From Azolla caroliniana (taxonomy: Eukaryota > Plantae > Polypodiophyta): a stretch of 64,000 nucleotides of DNA. Position 1 is the stretch's first letter. Each line of letters begins with the position of its first letter. Positions 1-12,861 of the stretch are shown one piece after another. The position numbers and the translations under genes are program-made. The stretch is taken from contig JBHGNT010000015.1 in assembly GCA_043228905.1 (NCBI GenBank), forward strand, positions 11,284,001 through 11,348,000, in the 5' to 3' direction. The notes below the pieces were generated by a model, which did not search any database, was not told where the DNA came from, and saw nothing but the letters and a program-made list of their open reading frames with translations.

Positions 1-479
1 CAAAGTGTCAAACAGTTTTTCTTGAGGAATCAATTTTTCATTTCTTCTCCAAGCTCTATTACATATGCTACAAAATACATATTAAGCCATTGTTTCTCCT
101 TCATTGGAGAGAACCTTAAGGCTATGACATATAGGAGCCTTCTACCATTTAAGGTGGTTCATTGTTGTACATATATAGTGAATGGTTATAGCAATTGAGA
201 ATTTTCTCAAAACCCTTGTTCTAGAGCTATGGACACAACTTAATTGTGCATTTTCCAAGACATTCATAAACATACCATCCATTTGATAAAAGCACCACAT
301 CATTTCTGCATAGCAAAAGCATGATGTCGACATTCCCAAAAGTAGCATTTTGAATGCCCTCTGGTTGTACAAAGTCATCAACTACTTGATCTCTTCATTG
401 ACACAACTTCAATAGTGACATTCTTGCTTAACGTCAATTGTGTTAGTGAAAATTTCTAACATTCCATTTCTCATTAGCA

Positions 480-960
480 CATGACATATCATATGTCATG
501 GATGTGAGAGGTTACAAGTATTCATTCACTTGGTTGTCGAATTCATTCATGCTTTCCGAAGGTGCCTACATGCCATTGTAGCGAAAGCTTTCTTGAAGTC
601 TACAAAGCAACTATAAATGACCCTTTACCTTCCAAAAAACTTTCCTCCATGAGGACCTAGGCATTTCAAGATGATAAATGATAAATTGATGTTTTCAAAC
701 ACCTTATTATCCCCTTCTTCCTAAATTCTTCAATCCATGCACATTGCTTTTCATGTCCAAATAGATTTGCCATAAGAAAACCAACCATTATTGTCCCATT
801 TTACGTCATTTATATTTCCCCCTTTTTATAAAGGTCCAAAATTATACTCTCATCGTGAGTGAGACATGACATGTTGCAACAATGCATGATGGAACATATA
901 ACTTGTCCAAGCATGTGTTCTCACACCTCTTTTATTCGAGAATTCCAGTATTCATACCCT
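480..960 (-). pseudogene. Degraded LINE reverse-transcriptase fragment
   Basis: Reverse complement of ~571-610 reads CFVDFKKAF, the non-LTR RT motif also seen as CCFVDF in the LINE at 55817-56053; boundaries approximate. Confidence 0.45.
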
Positions 961-3130
961 AAAGATATTTTCCCCAATGACTTGGCAATTTTCTTAAGCC
1001 CCCTTATATAGTAAAGATGTCAAGCATATCGATAATAGACCTATAACACCATATATCATATGTTTGACTCTTCATATGTATATGTTTTTACAATGTATAT
1101 ACAAGTGTATAAGAGATAAATTACCACAATTCTTAACATGTTTCCCATCTAGGTTTTTCCAAATCTTACAACAAGCATGTGCATTGTCTTGGGTTTGGAG
1201 AAATCATCGATTAATCCCTCTTTCCAAAAAAGAAAAAAGAAAACCACACACACCTTTTGTGTGCATGGAGGTACTTTTAATGGTTTCTTTATCACCAAAT
1301 ATGTCTGTAATCATCGAGTAAATTTGGGTTTCTTGGCATTTACTAACAAACAATTTTTTCCCTCGAGCTATGTTTATTCCTTTGCAAGGCATGCTCTTCT
1401 AGGAAGATAATTTCTCTATGCGTGAGCCATGACATGCTTGAAATCTTCCCATTTGCATAAAGAACTAGTGTTGTATCATTTTAGGTCTCGATCCTTTGTA
1501 TACATAAAGTGCTCTTTTAGAGTCCATGCACATGTTTTTGCTTCCCGTTCTTTGTAATCCCATTGATATATTGTACATCTAATTGTTCTACTTTTTTTGT
1601 TTGAGCCATAAGTTCCGTGATAGAGGTTGCAAAAATGATATTGTTTTTGCTTACACATATTACTCATCTCATGCATTGTTTTGGATTTTTACTCAAATAC
1701 CCTCAAATGAATCACACTCATACTATCTTATAAGAACAACGAGAGATTGTCAAGGCTTGTTTGTTTCGCACATTCAAGTGCTTTTTTCAATGATGAAAAA
1801 ACTTGAAATCCTATAAACAAAAGGGACATTGTAGTATACAAGGATTGCTATGCTAGTAAGGACAAATACAGTACTTGCTGGACAAAAGTGGTGAGGAAAA
1901 CCAACAAAGAATATGTAGATCCAAAGGAGTCCTAGAGGCTAGGGCAAAAAATGATGTCCAAACCACCATCGAAGTGGGATTACATCCATTTTATCAAAGG
2001 ACTTATTGGCATCGAAGTGGGAATATGCAAGTCGAGGTGAGGTCTCGGAAGAAAATGCCAAAAGCACTACCATTTGAGTAGTCTCATGTAAAGTCGAGTT
2101 GAGCCGGCTTCTATTAGGAAGGAGCGAGAGGATATGTGTATGTATGTATGTATGTATATATATATATAATACATCTCTATGAATAAAGCACAAGTTTGAA
2201 AGGAAAGGGGAAGGGGAGCGTGGGAAATCCGAAAAGGGGATTATAAGGAATGGATGGATGGGCGGTTTCACACTTGGGCGCGGACATTAGAAACCATCGT
2301 GTGAATCGTGCCTCCTTTATTTTTTAAAATTTTAGTTTCGCTTTTGTTTCCTTCAATCGAAGGAAGAGAGACGACACACAGTAACAAACAAACAAACAAA
2401 CAGTCAGAGCACGCCATAGCCACGCAGAGAAAAACGAGCAGAGAAAAGAGAGGGCCAGAAAGAACTTGTGTGTATGTATAATAACGCGCGCGCGCGCGTG
2501 CGTGTTTGATTGATTGTTTGAGCTGTAGAGAGAAGATCATGCACTAAAGTGAGGGATCGATTTTGGAAGGGTGAAGAAATCTGAAGACTTTAAGGTCCGT
2601 GTTCAATGTTGTTCCTTTCTATTCTCTTCCTTTCTGCATCTTCCAAAACTTGATCTGCACAACCGTCCATCTTTTCACCCCATACCTATAGACATAGCAT
2701 TTCTTTTCTTTCTTTTTCTGCAGAAAGCGCCACATAATGGAATCTGTTTTTGTGTTTTCTTGCAGTAAACAACATCTGATGTTTTTGAGGGAGTACTCTG
2801 ACATCTTAGCTGCGAAGATCAGTCAATATATTCGAAGGAATTACACTAACGCCACCGCTGTCAAGCTCAGGAACGTTCGTAAAATATAGTGCTGATTCCA
2901 TAACTTTCAAGTTCAAAATTTTAGTCCATAGCCGCAGCGTTCTCTAGTAAACTAGAACGTCTGAAGGAAGGAAGAGCTCCCCCTCCTATCTCTGACTGGA
3001 ATATCGCCTGCAGATCAGATCAATACACTTTGCAATAACTAAATTTGCAGACAAGCTTGGGAGGAGGAGGTCTCTGCATCAATTCGAGCTATCTAATAGA
3101 AATCGACTTAAATTCTTAGCTGGTACAGCT

Positions 3131-4027
3131 ATGGTAACTGAGATCAATAGCGATGACGATAAGATTCAGGAGGGAAGCTATGGCCATGGTGAGGTCGGTA
3201 AGGATTTTCATCATCATCGTCGTCATTATCAGCAATTCCATTGCTGGAGCTCTCTGCGTGCAATCTTTGGCATGATGCTTCCTTGCTGCGGATCATCATC
3301 ATCCTGCCACACCATGTCTAATAGTAACTCCACTTCTATAACCAACAGTACAGGAAAATTATCAGTGAATAGCAACACTTTCCTCATGAGCTCCGCGTCT
3401 TCTGTCACAGGCACCATCTTCGGCCAACGCAAAGGTAGGGTTAGCTTCTGTGTTCAGGAAGATCCCTGTGGTCCTCCCATTCTTCTTCTAGAGTTCGCCA
3501 TACCTACACACCTTCTTGTGAAAGAGATGCAGTCTGGCCTTCTCAGGATATCGCTAGAATGCGGAAAGACAAAGAAGAAAGAACAAATCTGTTGTGGAGA
3601 AGACGGCTACCATGAAGATGATGAAGGAGTTTGCTATAAGACTCTGCCTCTTTTCTCTGAGCCTGTGTGGAGCTTGTATTGCAATGGAAGGAAGGTGGGG
3701 TTTGCGATGAAGAAGACGGTAGCCAAGCTATCAGATAACTCTGATTCTGCCACAGCCAACCTCCTGAGCTTGATGCAGTCTGTGTCGACTGGAGCCGGCG
3801 TGATACCATCGAAGTTTAGCACAAGCAGCAATGGTGGAGGAGGTAGGAGAAGTGCAGAGAGTGTGGACACAATGGTAGAAGCAGAAGAATTTCAGGACGA
3901 GCTTATCTACATGAGAGCGACGTACGAGAGGGTTGTAGGATCTCCTGATTCTGAAGCTTTCCACATGGTGAGCCCTGATGGATCCAAGGCTTGTCAGGAG
4001 CTCAGCATCTTTCTTACTCGATCTTAG
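3131..4027 (+). CDS. MIZ1: MIZU-KUSSEI1-like protein (DUF617), single-exon CDS, 298 aa
   Basis: Family motifs VTGTIFGQRKGRVSFCVQEDP, LLLEFAIPT..LVKEMQSGLLRISLEC, PVWSLYCNGRKVGFA, SVSTGAGVIP, ELIYMRATYERVVGSPDSEAFHMVSPDG..ELSIFL; intact ORF. Confidence 0.93.
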   Translation: MVTEINSDDDKIQEGSYGHGEVGKDFHHHRRHYQQFHCWSSLRAIFGMMLPCCGSSSSCHTMSNSNSTSITNSTGKLSVNSNTFLMSSASSVTGTIFGQRKGRVSFCVQEDPCGPPILLLEFAIPTHLLVKEMQSGLLRISLECGKTKKKEQICCGEDGYHEDDEGVCYKTLPLFSEPVWSLYCNGRKVGFAMKKTVAKLSDNSDSATANLLSLMQSVSTGAGVIPSKFSTSSNGGGGRRSAESVDTMVEAEEFQDELIYMRATYERVVGSPDSEAFHMVSPDGSKACQELSIFLTRS

Positions 4028-6599
4028 CCATCCATACAGAAGAAGCAATTGCCATTGGCATCTCTAGGGAAGAAAGAGTGGATTGGATTGGCTGCATCAT
4101 GTGATTCTCCGCCATGAAAGCTTAGTTTGCTGTAGCGAGTGGATTGGATTGGTGGCCGTCGTTCTTCACGTTCCGCCTTTCGGTTTGGCGATGCTTAGAG
4201 AGAGTGAGAGTGAGAGAAAGAGTGGATATGGATATGGCTTCAGAACCGACGCCTCCACAAGGATTACTTTACTTTAATACTTTCACTAACTAAAAGGGGA
4301 GAATTACTAATGGTAAATACTAAAACCATTCATTCTCCTAAACTATAGAACTGTGGAGTCTCTTAATTAAGGGTCATTCATTCATTGACAGAGTGAGAAA
4401 GTAAGTGGTAGTTAGGAAGGAACCATCCATGATTCCATCCCCCAAGACACTCACTCTCTTTTGTACACACACATATACAATATGTATGTATGTATATCGC
4501 TCCACTACCGTCTCATCCCTATGTTTTGTAATTGCCCTTTTGGGGACTCTTCTTAATATATAATCTTTGTTTCATGTAAGCTGTACTGATTCTATTTACG
4601 CATGTTCTCTTTGGGACAGTTCAATCCTCATCATCTCCATAGGATCACTTGCACCACATGCTCCTTGCTACTCTCGCTTGCTTGCAGTGTCGCTCGCATA
4701 TAACTCCATCCCCCAGCTCTTTCTCAATACCATGTTAGTCTCTACATAATGTTCTCGGCCTTAAGACTTTTTCTTGGATTAATAAACTTGGTCCAAAGGC
4801 CCCATGACATGCTTCAACTTGAATGGTCCAAAACTTGGTCTTTGGGCCCTACAGACCTTTTCTCTTTAGTGATCTAGAATGAAGTCTGAACCCTTAATTA
4901 TTGATAAGTTCCTCTTAAACATATTCCTCATTTGGGGTGGCGCTTCCAAACTGTGTATCTTTTCCATGCAATTCATGCTATTTTGGTTCTCTAAATGTAA
5001 CGAGCCTCTAGTCTTAGTAGAGTATTGGCCCTTTAAAAATAAACATACAATTTTTTAAAATCTTTGAACGTATTATGCTCACGTAAGAATTAATTAATTA
5101 AGTTTTCAAATTTTGATTACCTCCATCATCATCGTGATTCATATATAAAAATGATCACCACCATGAAATTCATATATAAAAATGATCGAGTTATTTGATA
5201 TGGGACATGTATTTCTAGTGTCTTGATGTAGTTCGGTAACAAGGAGTATATAATGGATTGAAATACAAATGATAAACAACGAATATTTAGATTAAGAAAA
5301 GAATGGTTTTTTGTGCTTAAACACATAGACCACCATTGAACTAAGAATTAGGTGAACCCAAATATTACCATGGGTGTTTAACACCACCAAATATGACCTT
5401 AGAACGTTATGTTGTCGTTAGAACCCAAAATTTCTTTCATTCAAACAACATGAAAAATAAGATAAACGTTAATACTATGAACTTAGTTTTTGTTACAAAG
5501 ACATGATTGTTATTGTTACAAATATGTTGGATGGTAAAACACTCAAGAATAAAGGTCAATATCGAGGATCAAGCATCACAACAATTAAAGAGGTAAGTGT
5601 TTACTCAAATTGATAAAGATAAAGGCGTTTTCCAAAGAAGTAAACTAAAATGCAAGGTATATTATAAAAATCTTGATTGCCTCACATAAACTCAAGTATA
5701 TCCATTAGAAAGCAAGGATAAGCCATCAAAAACCTATAAATAGGACATGATTCTTAGAAAGAAAGATATACTAATGTTTTCTAAGATCAAATTTGGTCCA
5801 TGAAGCAATTGGTTACATGAAAATAGGATGTGTTGAGCAAGCAAGCTCAACGTGGGCCGGATCGGCCAAATAAGCCGAAAGCCGAATCGGATGAAGACTA
5901 ATTGGCTAGGCTCGGATTGGATTGGAGAGCCGGACCCATGTGCGAATCGGCAGGCCGTTAGCGGCATGCAACCCTAGCCTAGTAGATAAGCATATTTTTG
6001 GGAGTTAGTGTCTGTTCACTTAGTACGAGCATTGAAGTACTTGTCAGTACTTTTGTCGGTCCTTTTAAGGACTTATATAAAAAGTGCTCTCTAGCACATT
6101 TGTATGTACGAAGTTTTATAGAGTATTGTGGATTATTATTTTGAAATAGACGTTGTTGGGCCATTTATGCCCTATATGAGCAAGTCTCTAGGTGTGTAAG
6201 ATGCCTAGGTGGCCTATCCGATTGTTTCACTAGCACCATTGGTGTCATTATATTGCATGAAATTGCATCTTTCACGGAAAGATCATCGAAAATTCTTGTG
6301 CTGTTTAGAGGAAACCACATTTGGCCTACATACCCACTAAGGTATTGGCAATGAGGGTCTCAGTATGTAACCCTTTCTTCACAATCTCGGCATGTATTAC
6401 GCTACATTGATTGATGTCTCGAGTATCACCACAAACTTTCAAGCCAGAAACAAACACATATGTATTTGGCAAGATATTATGTGTTTGCATCTCCTTCATG
6501 AGGTTTAGTGCTTCCTCACCACGCTCATGTTCTACGTAACCAATTATTATTAATGCAGTCTATAGGATCACATCTTTGACTGTCAAGTTGTCAAAAATT

Positions 6600-7140
6600 T
6601 GACGTGTTACTTCAATCAATCCAATTTGACTCTCGGCCTCCTTTTCATGTTACTCCATATTTGGAGTGCTTTACCACATTTGATGCAGACAGCTATGGAA
6701 GAGTTTATCTTCGTAACCATAGTGCTTGTAATATTGATGGTATTGGCACCATTCACTTGTCTTTGGATAATGGTCAAGAGCTCGTGCTCAAAGATGTCAG
6801 GTATGTACCTGGCATTAAGAAATGTTTGCTATCTGTAAGACAAATGGATTTGCATGGTTACACCACATTATTCGATGGTGGATTGTGGAAATACTAGAAA
6901 GCATCTATGGTTATTGTGAAAGGTTGCAAAAGGGCACTCTGTACTGTTTCCAATGTAAAGCTTTACTTGGAAGGTTTCTTGCTATTGCTGAATTTGACTC
7001 TCATTTAGAGCTTTGGCATAAGAGATTTGGACATATGAGCCAAAAAGGACTTGAAGTCCTTTCTATTCTAAAAAGATTTGATGTTAAAGGATCAAAGCTG
7101 ATTTTTTGTAATGATTGTCTATTTGGCAAACAAGTGAGAA
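6600..7140 (+). pseudogene. Ty1/Copia pol remnant (protease to GAG-pre-integrase)
   Basis: FHVTP..GRVYL..GIGTIHL..LKDVRYVPGIKKCLLSV and ELWHKRFGHMSQKGL..CNDC; stops and frameshifts; paralog at 61790-62560. Confidence 0.85.
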
Positions 7141-7149
7141 ATTATTATT

Positions 7150-9535
7150 ATTATTCTGATGTCAACAAATTTTTGGTCTCATCATTAGGGGTACCAATTA
7201 AACGATCCATAAAAAAAATAGCAAAGGTAAGAACTCCAAATAAACCACCAAATATCCCACACAATTAACATATGGAATGAGCAACTACAAAGGGTGATTG
7301 ATGATTGGCAACAATGCACAACACAAACAAGCATCAATAGCTAATTATAGTCAATGATGACAAACACACATCACCACCAAAAACTTGAACTCCTAAATTT
7401 CTAAACTATACGTTGTCGATTTACATTGCTTGGTTATGATGGCAAAACAACACCCATAACAATGCTACAACTAAGAATCCCAAAGAAGATAAAATTAAGA
7501 AAATCAAGTACCAAGAAAATAGAATAAGATTGATGAATACATAACAACTTAATTAGTATGTCTTTCCACAAGGGGTGCTCTCCTATCGAAGCATTAGGAA
7601 AGCTAGAGCATCGACACAACGGGAGTGTCAATAATCCTGGCTAACCGCTGACTGAACACAGGTTATTGTACTGTAAAACGAATGTATAAATATAAAACAA
7701 AGAGAGGGACATTTGCATGTTTACATCTTCTAGCTAATCAACTAAGAGAGCATCAATCGTCAAATTGACTTGAAATATTCTGGAGTTACAACTTGAAGAG
7801 GGGTATTGTAGCCAGAACCCACAAAATCTTTAATACTAACAATACGAAGAATTACAAGAGTAATGATAATGACCCGCAACAATTTAATAGACTTGTTACC
7901 ATGATAATAAAACAAAACCAACATTGCAAACTTTCTTAACCATCGATTTAAAATGAAAAGAACTTCACAAACAAGACTATGGTAAACCATTAATTAACTT
8001 CACATGCGATAACTCCAGAAAACCCTAACAACCTTTTTGCAGTTTTTTTGTTCAAAAAATTTCTTTGACATATTCTGTAATCACATAAATATAACGGTAA
8101 AACGAACATAGCTAATTCATAAGAAAAGCAAAGAATAATGACGAGAGATGTATGGTAAGGAAGGAGATATACACAATGAAGCAGAAGTATCAGATGATCC
8201 GTAAAGATCTTCACCTCATCAATTAAGATTCAACACAGAGAAAGAAAGCAGAGGAAGGATCCAATTTGAGGCGTACAAGATCATTAGGAGTTGTCTTCTT
8301 CTATAGTTTGTTCATCTCATCTTAAGACCTCTTTCTCTTCGTTTTCCTCTTTTTTTGTTTTACCCTCCTGGTATTTCCTCTAGAGTTTTGTTATTTGTTT
8401 TCTCTATATCAGCTTTCTCCTTATTCATGGCTATTAAAATGAAGCCATCTACCTCTTTTAGCTCTTCACTTAAGTTTCCCTTAGCTAAAGCCTTCTCTAT
8501 ATCTAGAAGTATTTCAACTTTTACTTTTAAATTTGATTCACTTGTTTCTTCTTCAAATAAATGTGTAGAGAACTTATTTCTTTTTTGCCTAAGCTCACGA
8601 AGCTTTAGCTAAATGTCACTAGATCCACTCTCTCATAAGTTTCATGCTCCTTATCAAACTTTTGTTGTATTAAATTTAAAAGTTTTTTACGTGCACTGTC
8701 ACTCTCTAGAGCGAGCACATCGTAATATATAATATTTTTCTTTTTATTCTTTTTATTTAAAACTAATATTTCATACTCTTGTGGAGATATTTCATAAAAC
8801 TTATTAGCTAGTGTCTTTGTAAAAGTATGAGTGCTTTGTTCTAATTCATAAACTAAAGACATGACAAAAAGCAATTGGCTCGTACTAATATTTTGGTAGA
8901 TAGCACGTGCCTTTTCTTTAGCGTCCAAATTTATAATAGTTAATTTATGTTCTTTTATCTTTGCCTCTAAACTTTCTATCTTTTGGCTAAATTCTTCTTT
9001 GTTCTTTTCTACGATACCCTTTAAGCCCTCTACACTTTTAATTAAGTCATTTAACACCTTCGATGGTGAAGATTCAACCAAAAAGGTTATGTTTTCACCT
9101 GGTGAATCCTTCAACTCCTTTCTCTCCAATGGCGTTGAATCTATACGATAAACGTTATAGTTCTTCGTCTCTAAATCCCCTCGTATATTATCGCGGCTTG
9201 TCGGTAGCAACGACCCTAGCGTTGAAAATGCAGCTTTGTTGCTTCCACCTGAACAAAATAAAGGCTTAAATTAGTAACTCAAATAGTTGAATCCTTTATC
9301 TAATGTTCTTAATAAGTGATCCATTAAAGAGAATATTAACAATGATGAAAAAAAATACCTTGTGAATCCATCTCCACGAGAAGATGGTGAATCACGAGTG
9401 TAAAAGTTACTTACCTACAGAAAGCACACAGGTGGGATCATTTAAGCCCGACACGTTAGAAAAGATAACAAAAAACTATGCAGAAAATTTTATACATAAA
9501 TCTTAACAAATCTTATACATACATACATCTTAACA
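7150..9535. repeat. Unclassified AT-rich interspersed repeat X, copy 1
   Basis: Colinear high similarity with 51930-54300 and 62560-64000; parallel minus-strand ORFs 7760/52417/63181, 7990/52641/63411, 8605/53256. Confidence 0.9.
8360..9245 (-). pseudogene. Coiled-coil ORF of repeat X with a frameshifted continuation carrying an RN-x4-H motif
   Basis: 201-aa ORF 9210-8605; the -1 frame continues KLRELRQKRNKFSTHLFEEE...EEIPGG*; splice-acceptor-like ttttgttcag on the minus strand at ~9248-9258. Confidence 0.45.
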
Positions 9536-10247
9536 AAAATACCCATTATTATACTTATTCTAACAACGAATAAAGGTTTTCTCGATACTAAATTCAAAGA
9601 AATGCTTAGTCACGTTGCCTTTTCTTGGGTCACTTCAATAACTCTCATGCATGCTTAACAAAAAGAGTCATACAAATTCTCAATTGCAATGTGAATGCAT
9701 AATTAGGAACTTTGCTTCGACCACCTTTGATAAAACATGGATTATGGTATCTAATTCACCACACAAGAACTTGCTCTTCAAATTCTTTATGTCCATTGAG
9801 ACTGAGGCCATCCATCCTTATTGATCGTATCCAACCTTATCTCATTACCAATATGAGTAATAATGCTGGTAGAGCCCTTACACTACTTCGCACTTGATCT
9901 CGCAAGTTAGGTATTCAAGTTGCATCATGGTATCAAAACGTAACAAATTTAAAGACACTTGCTCTTCACATGGTCAACATATAGTGCAATTCGTTCAAGA
10001 TATGCTGGCATACTAAGAGGGAGTGATAACTTAAGTGCCATACTTAAGACACCACCTAGAAGGTTGAGCTCATATGTGTATGCTTTATTAACATAGAGAC
10101 TTTGTGCTTCAACGTATGAATACCCCTTCTTAGGAAGGAGACATATATCAAGAACACATGTATACTCTAGTCCCATAGGTCATAATTGTCCTCTTTATGG
10201 ACGATAAAAATTCCAATTCTAATTCTAACTCTCTCTCTTCTTCTCTT

Positions 10248-10451
10248 TTTATCGTAATTAGCTTACCTAATGGTAAGCTGTTACACTACAAGCACCTATG
10301 TCTCGGGTTCGAAACTGAATTTTCTCATCTCTCTATTACATACTTTATAGCAGTATCTCTCAATTCACTATATGCCACTATGGAATGTAGGGGTTGAACC
10401 CATGACCTCCTGGTCTCCATTGGGCAACCTTACCAACTAAGCTACATCCAT
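10248..10451. mobile_element. tRNA-derived SINE-like element with two convergent Pol III heads, copy 1
   Basis: Minus strand GGATGTAGCTTAGTTGGTAAG...GGGTTCAACCCCTACATTCCA (A and B boxes); plus strand TAGCTTACCTAATGGTAAG...GGGTTCGAAAC; flanked by CT tracts; second copy at 47690-47838 + 51034-51090. Confidence 0.6.
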
Positions 10452-11095
10452 CTCTCCCTCTCCCTCTCCTATGTATTGCCTTAAACAAGTAGAGAGTCTG
10501 AGTATCACACTTTGATACAATGTATTGCGTTTGGTCATATTCGACTATGTTTTTCACACATCATCGACCAAACCCAATCCTTGCACGAATTGTGACCTTC
10601 AACTTTCGTAGATATTGCTTTCACTCCATGCCTACAATCAAATACAAAAGCATGGTGTATATCCCAATTATGACACAATCCCCAAGACCTTAGAAATAGG
10701 AAAACAATCTCCATCTCTGATTTTGGGTCAACCTATGTGAATTGTGTAAACATTCACTATCTGGGCATCAATAATATTATACTTACCAAATTTGGGAAAT
10801 GTTACTCCAAATCTAGCAAGCAATTGAACATTGTATGGAATGAAGAGACCTATCTTCGACCTGAACCATGCAAAAAAACTATTTCCCGTTCCTAGTCCAC
10901 GTCATTTTAGAGCTAATGCCAATAACAAAGCTCCAATGAAAACTTTCCAATGAAGTTCGTTGCAACAAGTAAGAATTTAGAATGCCAACTACGTTTTAGG
11001 ATCATCCACCATCCATACACAGAGTTATGTACTTTTCACTCTTTTTCAGCCCTAGATGATAGCCATAGAAGAGACAACGACGCAATGATACAAGA

Positions 11096-11554
11096 TGTTA
11101 GCCGGTCGACAAGGGAAGTCCAGAATGGGAAAAGGGGGATAATTAATAACCAGGGCTGATTAGTTAGAATATAGAATTATTATGATTTTGAGAAGCGAAC
11201 GGACGGACCCGGAATTGGTATGCCAATCCGGATTCGGACCGGTTTGTTGCTGGTTGCTGGTTGACACCAGTTTGTACCTAAGCCAGACACCTATAAAAGG
11301 GCCCGGTTAGATTGTAATCATTAGTGGATAATTAATAGAGTGTTGTTGTTCTGTATCTTAATCATTGTTAATTACCGTTCTGTGCTAAGTGTAATTTATC
11401 CTACGCTTGTATTGTGACTAATGATCTTGCCGCTTAGTAAACAATTAGGGTTTCATTAATAGTCGGTCTAACTTTATCTCACCGCAACACCCCTTTGGTG
11501 AAGTGTCTCAAAGGGACACCCTGTGTTAGGCCATTGTTGGCCCTAGCGATAACA
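11096..11554 (+). repeat. 5' LTR of element A
   Basis: TGTTAGCCGG...GATAACA; direct repeat of 43884-44343; TATA-like cctataaaagg. Confidence 0.95.
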
Positions 11555-11561
11555 CAGTTTT

Positions 11562-11571
11562 TGGCGACCAC
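11562..11571 (+). promoter_or_regulatory. PBS of element A (tRNA-Arg(TCG)-type)
   Basis: TGGCGACCAC 7 nt after the LTR; complementary to the recalled plant tRNA-Arg(TCG) 3' end GTGGTCGCCA. Confidence 0.8.
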
Positions 11572-11609
11572 GATTCCTGCACAAACGTAGTGAACAGTGG
11601 CGGGCATGG

Positions 11610-12304
11610 ATGACTAGACCAACAAACGACCCGGTTACGGAGCGAGTAAGAAGACTTGCTGAGCGATTGCAAAAGCGAGAGGCTTTCCAGCAAGCGGTAG
11701 AAGAGATCCAGGCGGATCGGTCATTTTCCAAAGTAATCCGGCGAGTGGCCGTGGAGTCACTCCGCGGGCAGCAGAATTCCCAACTGGACGAAGGAAGCCG
11801 GGACGCAGAATCCATTCTACAAGCTCTAGTGACAAGGGGAGGCGATTCGGAACCATTCTCGGCCTTCGAATTAGATTCGGACGGCGAATGCATCGCCCAT
11901 TCGAATTACCGTAGTAGCCACGTCACCCCAGACGGACCGAAGGACGAGCAATCGGATACCTTGCCGACACCGGAACCATAGTTAACGGAACTGGAAGCCC
12001 CAGTCCGGCAAGTGATGGATCAACTTCCGACACCGCCACATGAGACACCGAAAGGCGAGGAGGAAAGACCTCCGACACTGAAAGAAGAGGAGGGGAGACC
12101 TCCGACACCACCAACCTGTGTTCTGACACCGGACAACGACATGTCGTTCCAATATCCCAAGTACCGGGATGATCCGGATGCCGAAGCTCATGTCTATGCA
12201 TTTCTACAAACATGGGAAGCAAACCATGTGACACAATGCTTGACCGCCGCCGAAGAAGAGTGCTCGATGATTGCAAAGTTCGGCATGACCTTGGAAGGAC
12301 TAGT
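11610..12304 (+). pseudogene. Element A gag, 5' part (interrupted by B)
   Basis: YPKYRDDPDAEAHVYAFLQTWEANH is homologous to B gag YPRYTDGPDAESHIRSFISTWQANH. Confidence 0.8.
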
Positions 12305-12763
12305 TGTTACCCGTTCCTTTGGGTGAACACCTTCGATAGATCTGCGGCTATCGGTATTCAAGGGCGTGGTACGTGAAGGCTCGTAACAGAGGTGTCGAGA
12401 GAGAGACAATGCTCAGAGAGAAAACACTAGCGAGGTCTTGATAGGCGTGGGTGGCGCTTAAATCATAGGTATGAATCAAAGCACAAACACATGGAACAAA
12501 CTGGGCACAATTAAGATATATTACTGCGGCAGAAAAAGATTACAGAACACGGCCTATGGCCGGTGACCTTACAAGATTATCTAGTTACGAGGGACTCAGC
12601 TAGTGCTTCCGCCTATATTTTTCTTCTCCTTCCTCCTTTGAGGTACTGGTCCTCGTTTAAATAACTTTTCCCCTAATACACTGCCGAGCCGTCGGTGGCC
12701 CGTGATACTCGGACTCGGCGTTTGATAATTTCCTAATTTTACATTTCTGTCCTCTGGACAACA
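12305..12763 (-). repeat. 3' LTR of element B
   Basis: tgttacccgttcc...ctctggacaaca, repeated at 35501-35958. Confidence 0.95.
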
Positions 12764-12765
12764 CT

Positions 12766-12810
12766 TGGCACGCCCATGGGACAAGACCTTGTCCGTCGGA
12801 CCCACGACTT
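12766..12810 (-). other. tRNA-Arg 3'-half mimic at the PPT position of B
   Basis: Element sense AAGTCGTGGGTCCGA-cggacaaggtctt-GTCCCATGGGCGTGCCA-AG-LTR; no purine tract. Confidence 0.8.
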
Positions 12811-12861
12811 ACAAAATACTAACAATATTATAAAAATTGCCTTTTAGGCGTGATCCTCGTT

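Noticed and set aside
5831-6383. Possible solo LTR (TGTTGAG...TTCACA)
   Set aside because: LTR-like composition but no matching TSD or partner in the window
12305-12790. Reading B as a plus-strand element because a PBS-like sequence follows the left LTR
   Set aside because: gag, pol and the extra ORF are all on the minus strand and a proper PBS lies at 35495-35483
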